Of a DNA stretch of 64,000 nucleotides, positions 1 through 9,502 are shown one piece after another. Every line of letters starts with the position of its first letter. Position 1 is the stretch's first letter. The translations under genes and the position numbers were made by a program. This DNA is from an uncultured Pelagibacteraceae bacterium (lineage in GTDB: Bacteria > Pseudomonadota > Alphaproteobacteria > Pelagibacterales > Pelagibacteraceae). Where the stretch lies: the NCBI GenBank assembly GCA_902604605.1, contig CACKZI010000001.1, forward strand, positions 42,863 through 106,862, written 5' to 3'. A model generated the notes under the pieces. The model was not told where the DNA came from. It did no database searches and saw only the letters and a list, made by a program, of their open reading frames with translations.

Positions 1-1110
1 TTAGATTTTCCCCAAACTCAATTCTTAAAATTATCTTATAAAGAATTTTCAATACAAGAAAAGATTAATAGCGAATTGGTTCTAAAAAATTATGATGGAA
101 AATATCATTCAAAATCTAATTTTTTTTTAGAAAACTTTGACGAAGATATTATTATTGCTTCAGAGTCAGGTCCATTTTTTTTCTTAAACAGTAAAATTAT
201 TAAAAGTGATATCGATTATAATATAGAAAATATATCTTCAAATTTAGATAGCGAAAAAATTCAAATTTTAGATATTTTGAAAGTAGATCAAGAATTGGTT
301 GTATCATATTCAAGATATATTTCAGAAAATTGTTTTTCATTTAATATTGCTAAAGCAAAATTTAATAAAGATTTTTTAAAATTTAATAAATTTTTTGAAA
401 CATCTGAGTGTCAACCAAAATATTTTGCTGGAAGATTGTTTGAATATTTTCATGAAAAAGAAAAAGGTTTATTAGTTTCAATAGATGTTTGGGGTGTTAC
501 CTTAGAAAATAAAGAAAAAAGAAACTCAGCAAATTATTTAGCTCAGGATGATGAGTCTCCTTTTGGAAAAATTTTATTTGTAAATTATAGGGGTGAATAT
601 GATGTATTTTCTAAAGGTCATCGTACACCACAAGGACTTTTTGTTACAAAAGATAATTTTATACTTTCAACAGAACATGGTCCAAGAGGTGGGGATGAAA
701 TAAATCTAATTAAATATAAAGGAAATTATGGTTGGCCAACTTCTTCGTATGGAGAGTTATATCCAAATCAAGAACCAAAAAATAATGAATTTTTTTATAA
801 AAAATCACATTCTGATAATAATTTTATCGAACCTTTATTTGTCTTTTTTCAGTCGATTGGGATATCACAACTAATAGATGTTCCTAAAAATTTTTCAGAT
901 TTTTGGATTAATAATTTTTTAATTACGTCATTAAATGGATCAAGTTTATATAGAGTTAAATTTGATAAAAATTTTACTAAATTGCAATACTTTGAAAAAA
1001 TATTCATTGGAAAAAGAATAAGAGATATAATTTATCTTAAAAATTTTAAAACTTTTGTAATCTCATTGGATGAAAAAAAAGGCTATTTAGGATTTATAGG
1101 AGTAGAGTAG
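1..1110 (+). CDS. PQQ-dependent sugar dehydrogenase (glucose/sorbosone dehydrogenase family), 5' end truncated by window
   Basis: Frame is open from base 1. Motifs GHRTPQGL, TEHGPRGGDEIN, GNYGWP and GKRIRDI match GSDH beta-propellers. Confidence 0.85.
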   Translation, partial: LDFPQTQFLKLSYKEFSIQEKINSELVLKNYDGKYHSKSNFFLENFDEDIIIASESGPFFFLNSKIIKSDIDYNIENISSNLDSEKIQILDILKVDQELVVSYSRYISENCFSFNIAKAKFNKDFLKFNKFFETSECQPKYFAGRLFEYFHEKEKGLLVSIDVWGVTLENKEKRNSANYLAQDDESPFGKILFVNYRGEYDVFSKGHRTPQGLFVTKDNFILSTEHGPRGGDEINLIKYKGNYGWPTSSYGELYPNQEPKNNEFFYKKSHSDNNFIEPLFVFFQSIGISQLIDVPKNFSDFWINNFLITSLNGSSLYRVKFDKNFTKLQYFEKIFIGKRIRDIIYLKNFKTFVISLDEKKGYLGFIGVE

Positions 1111-1127
1111 GTATTGAATGTTTTAAG

Positions 1128-2423
1128 TCAGTTATTTTCGTAATTTAATATGAAATTGTAAATATATTCTGATATCACTCGATAACCATCTTTAGAGAAA
1201 TGATATTGATTTAATCTTTTTAAATTTGGGTCGTCTTTATTTTTTAATAATTTAGAATGAATATCAATAACGGGAATATTTAATTCTTTAAAATAATCAA
1301 TTATTTTTTTATAATCATGAATGTCTTTTACTAAAAATTTTTTTTTCTTATCATATCTGTAGTTGTCAGGAATATACACAATGTAAAGATCTATCCCATT
1401 TTTATCTGCTAATTCTTTTGTCATAGAAACAATATTTTTAAATTCTTGGCTTATTTTGTAGCTTTCTCTTTCATTTGTTAATTTAAAATTTGTTATTAAA
1501 TATCTAAGATTAAAAAGTTTAAGTATTTTAAATTTGTCATACATTATCTTTTTTTCATACTCTGCTAAGCTTTTCTTTAATTGACTTTTTGCCATTGAGT
1601 TGATTTGAGCTTGTTTTAAATAAAGATTTTGAATAAAATTTTTGTCTTTTAGATATTTTAAGAGTATTTCATCCTGTAACTCGGTTCCAAGATTAGTAAA
1701 ATTTAAATCATTTCCCTCATAATAAATCCATAGTATTTTTTTAACTTTAGTTAATGGCAAATACTCTTTTAAGCTAACATACTCAAGAAGGGGCCCATTA
1801 CCTGCATATCCAAGATTTATTACTCTTTTATTTGATATTTTTTCAAGATTTCCAGATAAGTTGTATTCTCTTTTCACACAATCTCCTTGTGCGTAAGAGT
1901 CTCCAATAATCAAATATTCAATTTGATTTTCATCCCATGCATCATCTGTATTATTGAACCCATATCTATCGCTTTTGTAGACAATAATTTCATCATATTC
2001 TTTACATAGTATTGTAAACTTATTTGATATTCCTGATACCGGAAACAGATCTTTACTCTTTTCATTTGCATAGAAATTGGGAGGAATTCTAACAACTAAG
2101 TCTTCATATTCAGATTTCAGTTTTTTATAAAACTTACCATTTGAAAAATCATCTTTAGATAAAAATAAATATATTTCTAAAATATAAAAAACAAAAATAA
2201 TTGAAATAATTAATGTGGTAGTTTTATATTTAAATTCTTTACTAAAAAAAAAAGAAGTAATAGAAAAAGATAAAAGTAAAATTGAGATAAGATAATATTT
2301 AAAATAATAATTTGACATAGATCCATCATGGTAAATTTCTGAACGATACACAACATAGCTGAGTATAAATAATGAAATTATAAGATATGAGAAAGAAATT
2401 ATAAATGATATTTTTCTTTTCAT
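1128..2423 (-). CDS. Membrane-anchored SGNH/GDSL hydrolase-family protein (AlgJ/AlgX-like candidate acyltransferase/esterase)
   Basis: About three N-terminal hydrophobic segments, SDRYGFNN, GDSYA block I, NLGYAGNGP block II, YYEGND block III, C-terminal HFSKDG. Confidence 0.75.
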   Translation of the reverse strand: MKRKISFIISFSYLIISLFILSYVVYRSEIYHDGSMSNYYFKYYLISILLLSFSITSFFFSKEFKYKTTTLIISIIFVFYILEIYLFLSKDDFSNGKFYKKLKSEYEDLVVRIPPNFYANEKSKDLFPVSGISNKFTILCKEYDEIIVYKSDRYGFNNTDDAWDENQIEYLIIGDSYAQGDCVKREYNLSGNLEKISNKRVINLGYAGNGPLLEYVSLKEYLPLTKVKKILWIYYEGNDLNFTNLGTELQDEILLKYLKDKNFIQNLYLKQAQINSMAKSQLKKSLAEYEKKIMYDKFKILKLFNLRYLITNFKLTNERESYKISQEFKNIVSMTKELADKNGIDLYIVYIPDNYRYDKKKKFLVKDIHDYKKIIDYFKELNIPVIDIHSKLLKNKDDPNLKRLNQYHFSKDGYRVISEYIYNFILNYENN

Positions 2424-2439
2424 AATTTGATATTTATTG

Positions 2440-3795
2440 TCATTTCAAATTTTTTCCAATTATTTCAGAAACTATTTTATAACCTTCAATTGTATAATGG
2501 ACATCAGTCTCCCAAGGATATAAACTTTTTGGATTCTTAATTTTTTTAAAAACTTCCTCGTGTAAATCAATTATAGGAATATCAAGACTTTTAATGAAAT
2601 TTATTAATTTCTGGTAATCATTAAATTTTTCATCGTTTACTCTTAGCTTATAACGATTTAGTTCAGGTAAAAAAACAAAGTAAAGTTTTGCATTATTTTC
2701 TTCAACTATATTTTTTACATATTTAAGTATTAATTTATATTCAGGATTAATTTTCTGGATATCCTTAGCATTCTTATTTTGAATTTGATCTAATTTTAAA
2801 TCTATAAAATTTCTTAATTTGAACATTTTTATAAATTTAAAAAATGTATATTTAAAATCCATGTAACTTTTTCCAGAAAATTGATACTCATTTATTTGAA
2901 AATCTAAAATTTTTCTGACAACTTTGTTAACTTGATCTTGTTTTAAGTAAAGATCTTGGCTGAATTCTAAATTATATAAATATTTATTTAAAATATCATT
3001 TTTAATTTCTTGTTTTAAACCTTGAAAATAGTTGCCAGATAAGTCATCACCCTCATAGTGCATCCATATAACTTTATCTGTTTCTACAAGTGACAAATAT
3101 TCTCTCAGAGCTGCGTAGTTTGTTAAAGGTCCATTACCAACTTGCCCCAATGTAATTACACCCTTATTACTAAATTTTTTTCTTAAAATACCAGCTATAG
3201 AGTCTTTTCTATTTACACACCATCCTTGAGCAAATGAATCTCCTGCAATGAGGAAATCTATCTTTTTTTTATCCCATTCATAATCTGGATTATTAAAACC
3301 ATATCTATCACTTTGATATAATGTAAAGAAACCATTTTCATTACAAAGTAAAGTTTTACTATTACTTATACCTGATAAGGGGAATAGGCTTTGATTTTGT
3401 GTTTTAAGTGAGTGAACAGGACCAATAGTAGATACAATCTCTTTTTCTTTTGATTGAAAATCTTTGTAAGCCTCATACTGAGTTCTATAATCATAATCAA
3501 TTTCTGAAGTTATAATTTTATATTGTTTTGAATTTATGAATAGATAAGCCTCAATCATGTAAAAGGATATAATTATTGAGAACAAAATTATTGATATTAT
3601 TTTTTTTAATTCGTTGTTGAGGAATAAAAAAATTATTGAAAAAATAAAAAGTAATATTGAAAAGATATAATACTTTAGATAAAAACTTATTTTTTCACCC
3701 GAATGATATATCTCAGCTCTGTAAAACACATAAGCTAAAAGGAAAATAGAAAATAATATTAATGCAAATGAGATAATCTTAGATAAGTTTTTCAT
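2440..3795 (-). CDS. Membrane-anchored SGNH/GDSL hydrolase-family protein, paralog of 1128..2423
   Basis: Same architecture: SDRYGFNN, GDSFA, LGQVGNGP, HYEGDD, TDVHY. Confidence 0.75.
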   Translation of the reverse strand: MKNLSKIISFALILFSIFLLAYVFYRAEIYHSGEKISFYLKYYIFSILLFIFSIIFLFLNNELKKIISIILFSIIISFYMIEAYLFINSKQYKIITSEIDYDYRTQYEAYKDFQSKEKEIVSTIGPVHSLKTQNQSLFPLSGISNSKTLLCNENGFFTLYQSDRYGFNNPDYEWDKKKIDFLIAGDSFAQGWCVNRKDSIAGILRKKFSNKGVITLGQVGNGPLTNYAALREYLSLVETDKVIWMHYEGDDLSGNYFQGLKQEIKNDILNKYLYNLEFSQDLYLKQDQVNKVVRKILDFQINEYQFSGKSYMDFKYTFFKFIKMFKLRNFIDLKLDQIQNKNAKDIQKINPEYKLILKYVKNIVEENNAKLYFVFLPELNRYKLRVNDEKFNDYQKLINFIKSLDIPIIDLHEEVFKKIKNPKSLYPWETDVHYTIEGYKIVSEIIGKNLK

Positions 3796-3864
3796 TAGAA
3801 ATTAGATAAAAATATATACAATTTATATTCATTCCCTAAATTTATTCACTATTTATATCGATAA

Positions 3865-3885
3865 ATCTAACTATCAGAGTTAGAT
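3865..3885. promoter_or_regulatory. Inverted repeat ATCTAACT-N5-AGTTAGAT in the divergent promoter region
   Basis: Perfect 8-bp arms read directly from the sequence; function inferred. Confidence 0.35.
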
Positions 3886-3949
3886 AATCAATATTTAAAA
3901 GCATTTTATATTAATTTTTTACTTGATAAATTTAAATTCTAACTTAGTT

Positions 3950-3966
3950 TGTTCAATAATTGAACA
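3950..3966. promoter_or_regulatory. Palindrome TGTTCAAT-A-ATTGAACA, probable MarR operator
   Basis: Perfect 8-1-8 palindrome ending 4 nt before the ATG of the MarR gene. Confidence 0.6.
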
Positions 3967-3970
3967 CATT

Positions 3971-4294
3971 ATGGAAGATAATCAAGATCATTTTAATGTT
4001 TTGAGAACAATTGGCAAAAGTAAAAATATAACTCAAAGACAATTAGCAACTAAATTAGGATTTAGTTTAGGTAAATTAAACTATTGTGTAAAAGCTTTGA
4101 GAAAAAAAGGATTAATTAAGATTAAAAACTTTGAAAAAAATCCTCATAAAGAAAGATATCTTTATATTTTAACTCCAAAAGGAATTTATCATAAAACTAA
4201 ATTAGCAATCAATTTTATGAAATTGAAAATGAAAGAATATGACGAATTAAAAAAAGAAATTGAGGCAGATAAAGATAAAAAAGTATCTAGTTAA
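3971..4294 (+). CDS. EPS-associated MarR-family transcriptional regulator
   Basis: TQRQLATKLGFSLGKLNYCVKALRKKG winged HTH and YLYILTPKG. ATG at 3971 preferred over the TTG at 3923. Confidence 0.9.
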   Translation: MEDNQDHFNVLRTIGKSKNITQRQLATKLGFSLGKLNYCVKALRKKGLIKIKNFEKNPHKERYLYILTPKGIYHKTKLAINFMKLKMKEYDELKKEIEADKDKKVSS

Positions 4295-4304
4295 ATTTAA
4301 GTTA

Positions 4305-5711
4305 ATGACAGTTTTTGATAATCTTCATATTTTTAACAAAAGAGTAGTCGCAATTGATGATAATCTTAAAACTTATAAATACAAAGATCTTTTAGATAAT
4401 TCCTCAAAAATTAATAAATTAACCAAACCAAGGGATAATGTATTTCTTATCTGTGAAAATAGTTTTAGTTTTTTATATATTTATGTAGGATTAATAAGAA
4501 ATAGAAATATAATTTATTTAATAGACAGATCGATTAAGAGAGATAAATTTGAAGTTTTACAAAAACTTCATAAACCAAAATTTATTTTATACCCAATAGA
4601 ATTTTCACAAAAAATTGAAAATTATAATTGTCATAAAATTGATTCTAATTATTCAATAGTAAAAACAAATTTCCATTTAAAGCTTAATTTTCAAAAAGAT
4701 ATTTCAATTCTTCTTAGTACATCCGGGAGTACAGGAAGCCCAAAATTTGTACAACTTTCTTTCTTAAATATTAAAGATAATACAAAAAAAATTTCAAATT
4801 ATTTAGATATAAAAAAAAAAGATAGAACAGTTACAACAATGGAGTGTAGCTATTCATATGGAATGTCTATTATCAATACTCATTTGTATAGTGGAGCCTC
4901 TATTTTTTTAACTAAAAAAAATTTTTTTGATAAAGATTTTTGGATTCTAATGAATAAAATTAAGGTAACAAATTTTGGTGGAGTGCCATTTGCTTTCGAA
5001 ATTTTGAATAAAATTAAATTTTATGAGAAAAAATTACCAAACCTTAAAACAGTTACTCAAGCAGGTGGTAAACTGAATAACGAAATTATGTTAAAATTTA
5101 TAAGATTATTTAAAGTAAAAAAAATAAAATTTTATACAATGTATGGTCAAACTGAAGCATCACCAAGAATGTCATATTTAGATTTTAAGTTTTGTGAAAA
5201 AAAAATTGGAAGTATTGGTAAACCTTTAATTGGTGGAAAATTTAAAATTTATGACGATAATAAAAAGATTATTAATCAAGTTAATAAGATTGGGGAGTTA
5301 GTTTATCAAGGAAAAAATATAATGTTGGGGTATGCAAATAAAATTCATGATTTGACTAAATCAAAAAAAATAAAAAATCTTTTTACAGGAGATTTAGCAT
5401 ATATGGATGAAGATGGTTTTTATTTTATTACTGGTAGAAAAAATAGAGTTATAAAAATGAATGGTTTGAGATACAGTTTAGATGAAATTGAAAAAGAATT
5501 AAACCAAGAAGGTTTTATTTGTGCGGTACAAGGACAAGGGGATAAACTAAATATTTTTTTGACTAAAAATATTAATCATTTAAAGACACAGATAAATGAT
5601 TTTTTATTTAAATCATATAAAATCCGGAAAGAGAAAATAATATTTAAAGGAATAAAAAAAATCCCAAGGAATATTTATGGGAAGATAACTTACTCAAATT
5701 TGACAAATTAA
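4305..5711 (+). CDS. AMP-binding enzyme (acyl-CoA/acyl-ACP ligase)
   Basis: STSGSTGSPK P-loop, YGQTEA, TGDL and C-terminal PRNIYGKI. In-frame ATG at 4305 avoids overlap with the MarR gene. Confidence 0.9.
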   Translation: MTVFDNLHIFNKRVVAIDDNLKTYKYKDLLDNSSKINKLTKPRDNVFLICENSFSFLYIYVGLIRNRNIIYLIDRSIKRDKFEVLQKLHKPKFILYPIEFSQKIENYNCHKIDSNYSIVKTNFHLKLNFQKDISILLSTSGSTGSPKFVQLSFLNIKDNTKKISNYLDIKKKDRTVTTMECSYSYGMSIINTHLYSGASIFLTKKNFFDKDFWILMNKIKVTNFGGVPFAFEILNKIKFYEKKLPNLKTVTQAGGKLNNEIMLKFIRLFKVKKIKFYTMYGQTEASPRMSYLDFKFCEKKIGSIGKPLIGGKFKIYDDNKKIINQVNKIGELVYQGKNIMLGYANKIHDLTKSKKIKNLFTGDLAYMDEDGFYFITGRKNRVIKMNGLRYSLDEIEKELNQEGFICAVQGQGDKLNIFLTKNINHLKTQINDFLFKSYKIRKEKIIFKGIKKIPRNIYGKITYSNLTN

Positions 5712-5715
5712 TTAT

Positions 5716-6786
5716 ATGTATAATTTTATTGATAACTTATTGAAAATCGACCCGTATCAAATAATCAAGGCGGAAAAAAATGAATTGTTCAGGTCCTATT
5801 TCGAAAAACTAAATGATCATCATTATGATAATTGTAATGAATATAAAGTAATTTTGGACAATCTAAAATTCATAAAAAGTAATAAAAATTTGGAAAGTTA
5901 TCCGATGTTACCAATAAATATATTTAAAGATTATAATTTAATAAGTTCTAGTAAAGAAAAAATAGTTAAAAAAGTTTTATCTTCAGGCACATCAGGTAAC
6001 TCATTATCAAAAATTAATCTTGATAAAGTTAATGCTTTAAATCAAATGAAAGTTTTGACTAAATTATTAGAAACATTTATTGGTTCAGAACGATTACCGA
6101 TGTTAATTTTTGATCAGGATCCTAAAAATAATCCTAAAATAAAATTCAATGCACGCGTAGCAGCAATTCATGGATTTTCATTATTAGGAAAAGATTATTG
6201 TTACGTTCTAGATAAAAATGATGATTTAATTTTTGAAGGATTAGAAAATTTTGTTAAAAAGTTCGGAAATCAGAAATTTTTAATATTCGGATTTACAAGT
6301 TTAATTTATAAGGCCCTTTTAAGTCAAAGTAGCTCCAATAAAGATAAAATTAATTTAAGCAATGGAATTTTGATTCATGGTGGTGGTTGGAAAAAATTAG
6401 AAAAAAAGAAAATAAAAAATAGAGAATTTAAAAAGATACTTTTTGAAAAATATAAACTTAAATCTGTTTTTAACTATTATGGACTTGTTGAGCAAACGGG
6501 ATCAATTTTTATAGAAGGATTTGATTGTAATTATTTACATACCTCAATTTTTTCTGACATTTTTATTAGAGATAAGAATTTTAACATTTTGAAAAAAAAA
6601 CAAAAAGGGATGATTCAATTAATGTCACTTTTGCCATCAAGCTATCCAGGGCACAATATTCTTACTGAGGATGTAGGAGAATTAATTGGGGAAGATGATT
6701 GTAAATGTGGCTTAAAAGGAAAATATTTTAAAGTTCATGGAAGATTAAAAGATGCAGAATTAAGAGGTTGTAGTGATGTCATCTAA
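5716..6786 (+). CDS. luxE: LuxE-like acyl-protein synthetase
   Basis: SSGTSG, HGGGWKK, YYGLVEQ, SYPGHNILTEDVG and C-terminal ELRGCS carrying the acylated Cys. Confidence 0.88.
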   Translation: MYNFIDNLLKIDPYQIIKAEKNELFRSYFEKLNDHHYDNCNEYKVILDNLKFIKSNKNLESYPMLPINIFKDYNLISSSKEKIVKKVLSSGTSGNSLSKINLDKVNALNQMKVLTKLLETFIGSERLPMLIFDQDPKNNPKIKFNARVAAIHGFSLLGKDYCYVLDKNDDLIFEGLENFVKKFGNQKFLIFGFTSLIYKALLSQSSSNKDKINLSNGILIHGGGWKKLEKKKIKNREFKKILFEKYKLKSVFNYYGLVEQTGSIFIEGFDCNYLHTSIFSDIFIRDKNFNILKKKQKGMIQLMSLLPSSYPGHNILTEDVGELIGEDDCKCGLKGKYFKVHGRLKDAELRGCSDVI

Positions 6787-7966
6787 AAAAAATATTTTAA
6801 CTCAAATTACAAGAAATAAAAATTTTTCAATTAATGCAAGAAAACCTTTCGACGAGAATGTAATTGATTTTATTTCTGATTTCTCAAATGAAATTAGAAG
6901 ATCTTCAAAAAAAAATAATTACGATTTAATGTATTTAAGTTTATGGTGCTCAAGAAAAAAGATAAATGAATTAAAGAAAGATTATTATTTTAGTCAAATA
7001 AGATTAGGTAGAGGTCTTATATTTCACATCTGCCCTTCAAATGTACCAACTAACTTTATTTATTCATTTTTTTTTGGTTTATTGAGTGGTAATTCAAATA
7101 TAGTTAAAATTCCTTCTAATACTTTTTATGAAAAAAATTTAATATTAAAAGTAATAAACAACCTATTTAAAAAAAAAAAATATTCAAATTTAAAAAATTC
7201 TAATTTTTTTATTAATTTGGAAAGAGAAGATAAAAAAATAGATCAGGTCTCCTCAATTTGTGATGGAAGATTAATTTGGGGTGGGGACAAAACTATTAAT
7301 GAAATTAGAAAAAAATGGATACCAGAAAGAGCTATTGAAATGACTTTTTCTGACAGGTATTCAATATCTATAATAGATATTAAAAAATTAAAAAAATTAA
7401 AAATATTAAGAAAACAAAAAATAATAAGAAATTTTTTTTACGATACCTATATTATGAATCAACTAGCTTGTAATTCACCACATTTTGTTTTTTGGATTGG
7501 AAAAATAGATAAAAAATTAATTAATTATTTTTGGGAAGAATTGTATCATTTTTCAATAAAACATTATGATATAAGAGAAAAAATTACAGTTAATAAATAC
7601 ACCAAGATGATAAAAAATATTATTGATTATAAAAAATTTGGCAATATTAAAAGATACGATAATAATCTTTATGTAATAGATATTAAAAAAAATATATCAA
7701 ATATTGAAAATCTTAGAGGTTTTGCGGGCACTTTTTTTCAGTTGAATTTAAGTAGATTAGATCAATTAAAATCATATGTTTCGAAAAAGTGTCAGACTGC
7801 TACTTATTTTGGAATTTCAAAAAAAGATTTTCAAAAATTTATATTAGAAAATGAAGTTGAGGGGATAGATAGAATAGTACCAATTGGTAATAGTTTTGAT
7901 ATCAATCAGCTGTGGGATGGATATGATATCATCTCAAATTTAACAAGATTAGTAAATTATGAGTAA
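6776..7966 (+). CDS. luxC: LuxC-like acyl-CoA reductase
   Basis: GRGLIFHICPSNVP, WGGD, QLACNSP catalytic Cys, GIDRIVPIG, WDG. Confidence 0.88.
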   Translation: MSSKKNILTQITRNKNFSINARKPFDENVIDFISDFSNEIRRSSKKNNYDLMYLSLWCSRKKINELKKDYYFSQIRLGRGLIFHICPSNVPTNFIYSFFFGLLSGNSNIVKIPSNTFYEKNLILKVINNLFKKKKYSNLKNSNFFINLEREDKKIDQVSSICDGRLIWGGDKTINEIRKKWIPERAIEMTFSDRYSISIIDIKKLKKLKILRKQKIIRNFFYDTYIMNQLACNSPHFVFWIGKIDKKLINYFWEELYHFSIKHYDIREKITVNKYTKMIKNIIDYKKFGNIKRYDNNLYVIDIKKNISNIENLRGFAGTFFQLNLSRLDQLKSYVSKKCQTATYFGISKKDFQKFILENEVEGIDRIVPIGNSFDINQLWDGYDIISNLTRLVNYE

Positions 7967-8438
7967 AATTGAACTAGATAAAGAAAATATATTAATTTAT
8001 CAAAAGAATAGAGATCCTTATCTTATGATTGATTATGCAAATGAAATTATTCCTGGTAAATCTGCAAAAGGATATAAAGACCTGGGTACTGATGACTGGT
8101 TTTTTAAAGTTCATTGGGAAAATGATCCTAATATGCCAGGGATGTTACAAATAGAGTCTTTAGTTCAAATGTGTGCCTTATCTATTCTTACTTTACCAGG
8201 AAATAAAGGTAAAGTTATGTATTTAGCTTCTGCCAATAATTTGAAATTTATAAAAAAAGTTACTCCTAATACAAGATTATATTTAAATACAAAAATCATT
8301 AGCTTTAAGAGAGGACTTGCTTTGTGTTATGGTGAAGGTTTAATAGACAACCAAATTGTTTGTAAAGCTGATTTTAACTTGATTTTGCCTGATGAAATTA
8401 ATAAACTTAAACCTACATCCACAACTAAAACTGAATAA
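7959..8438 (+). CDS. FabZ-like 3-hydroxyacyl-ACP dehydratase (hot-dog fold)
   Basis: NRDPYLMID and WFFKVHW..P.MPG.LQIES. Confidence 0.85.
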   Translation: MSKIELDKENILIYQKNRDPYLMIDYANEIIPGKSAKGYKDLGTDDWFFKVHWENDPNMPGMLQIESLVQMCALSILTLPGNKGKVMYLASANNLKFIKKVTPNTRLYLNTKIISFKRGLALCYGEGLIDNQIVCKADFNLILPDEINKLKPTSTTKTE

Positions 8439-8440
8439 TT

Positions 8441-9502
8441 ATGCCAATTGCTTCATCATTACTTAACAAACCACGTTTAGTTGAAAAATTAAAAAAATTT
8501 TACGAATATGTGAATAAAAACGATGGAAAAGTTGGACAAAAAACAAGAGGAATAGATCTTAATTTTAATAATGCTTGTAACTTAAGATGTAAATATTGTT
8601 TTACAAATTCTCCAAAAGGAGATCATGTTAAAGAATATTTAGATATTGGTGCTATTAAAAGATTAGCAGATGAAGCAGATGAATTAGGATACTTTGAATT
8701 TGATTTACAAGGCGGAGAACTCCTTTTGCAACCAAAAAAACTTTTTGAAGTTTTAGAGGCAATAAGGCCAGAAAGGTTTTATATGTACTTAACCACTAAC
8801 GGCTTTTATCTAGATAAAAAAATGGCAAAAAAATTAGCTGATTATAAAGTAAGCAGAGTATCTGTAAGTATAGATAGCATGGATGAAAAAATACATGACG
8901 AAATAAGAGGAAGAAAAGAGTCTTGGAGAAGAGCTATTGAAGCCCTCGAGCATGTAAAAGAAGCAGGCATGGACCCTTATTTGAATATTACAGTTGGTCA
9001 TTATAATGCGAACACTGAACACTTTAAGGAACTTTTGGATTATTCTAAAAACAAAAGATACAAAACTCTTTTAAATGTAGCCGTACCATCTGGCATGTGG
9101 CAAAATATGGAAAGTATAATTTGTGATGATAAAGATAGAGAATATTTAAGAAAAATTAGAAAAGAGTATAAAAATCTTGTTAGGAATATTTGGAATCCAT
9201 TTGATAAGAATCATGAGAAAATATTAGGATGCACAACAGTAAATAGAGTTTATGTGACTCCAATTGGTGATGTTTTGGTATGCCCTTATGTACATATTAA
9301 AATAGGAAATATTTTTGAGCAATCACTAAAAGAAATTATAGACCATGGTTTCAGTATTAAATATTTTAGAAATCATAGTGACTTATGTTTAGCAGGAGAA
9401 GACAAGGAATTTATAAATAAATTTATGACAAAGTCAGGTCAATCAATATTTAAACCAGCTCTAGCTAGTGAAATATTTTCAAAAGAAGATTTTGTTGAAT
9501 AA
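8441..9502 (+). CDS. Radical SAM protein with C-terminal Twitch/SPASM-like domain
   Basis: CNLRCKYC motif, GGE, and C-terminal GC...GDVLVCPY...IGNI...LC. Confidence 0.88.
   Translation: MPIASSLLNKPRLVEKLKKFYEYVNKNDGKVGQKTRGIDLNFNNACNLRCKYCFTNSPKGDHVKEYLDIGAIKRLADEADELGYFEFDLQGGELLLQPKKLFEVLEAIRPERFYMYLTTNGFYLDKKMAKKLADYKVSRVSVSIDSMDEKIHDEIRGRKESWRRAIEALEHVKEAGMDPYLNITVGHYNANTEHFKELLDYSKNKRYKTLLNVAVPSGMWQNMESIICDDKDREYLRKIRKEYKNLVRNIWNPFDKNHEKILGCTTVNRVYVTPIGDVLVCPYVHIKIGNIFEQSLKEIIDHGFSIKYFRNHSDLCLAGEDKEFINKFMTKSGQSIFKPALASEIFSKEDFVE

Noticed and set aside
5716-7966. Bioluminescence (lux) operon
   Set aside because: No luxA, luxB, luxD or luxG in the window; gene order and neighbours fit a polysaccharide-associated acyl module.
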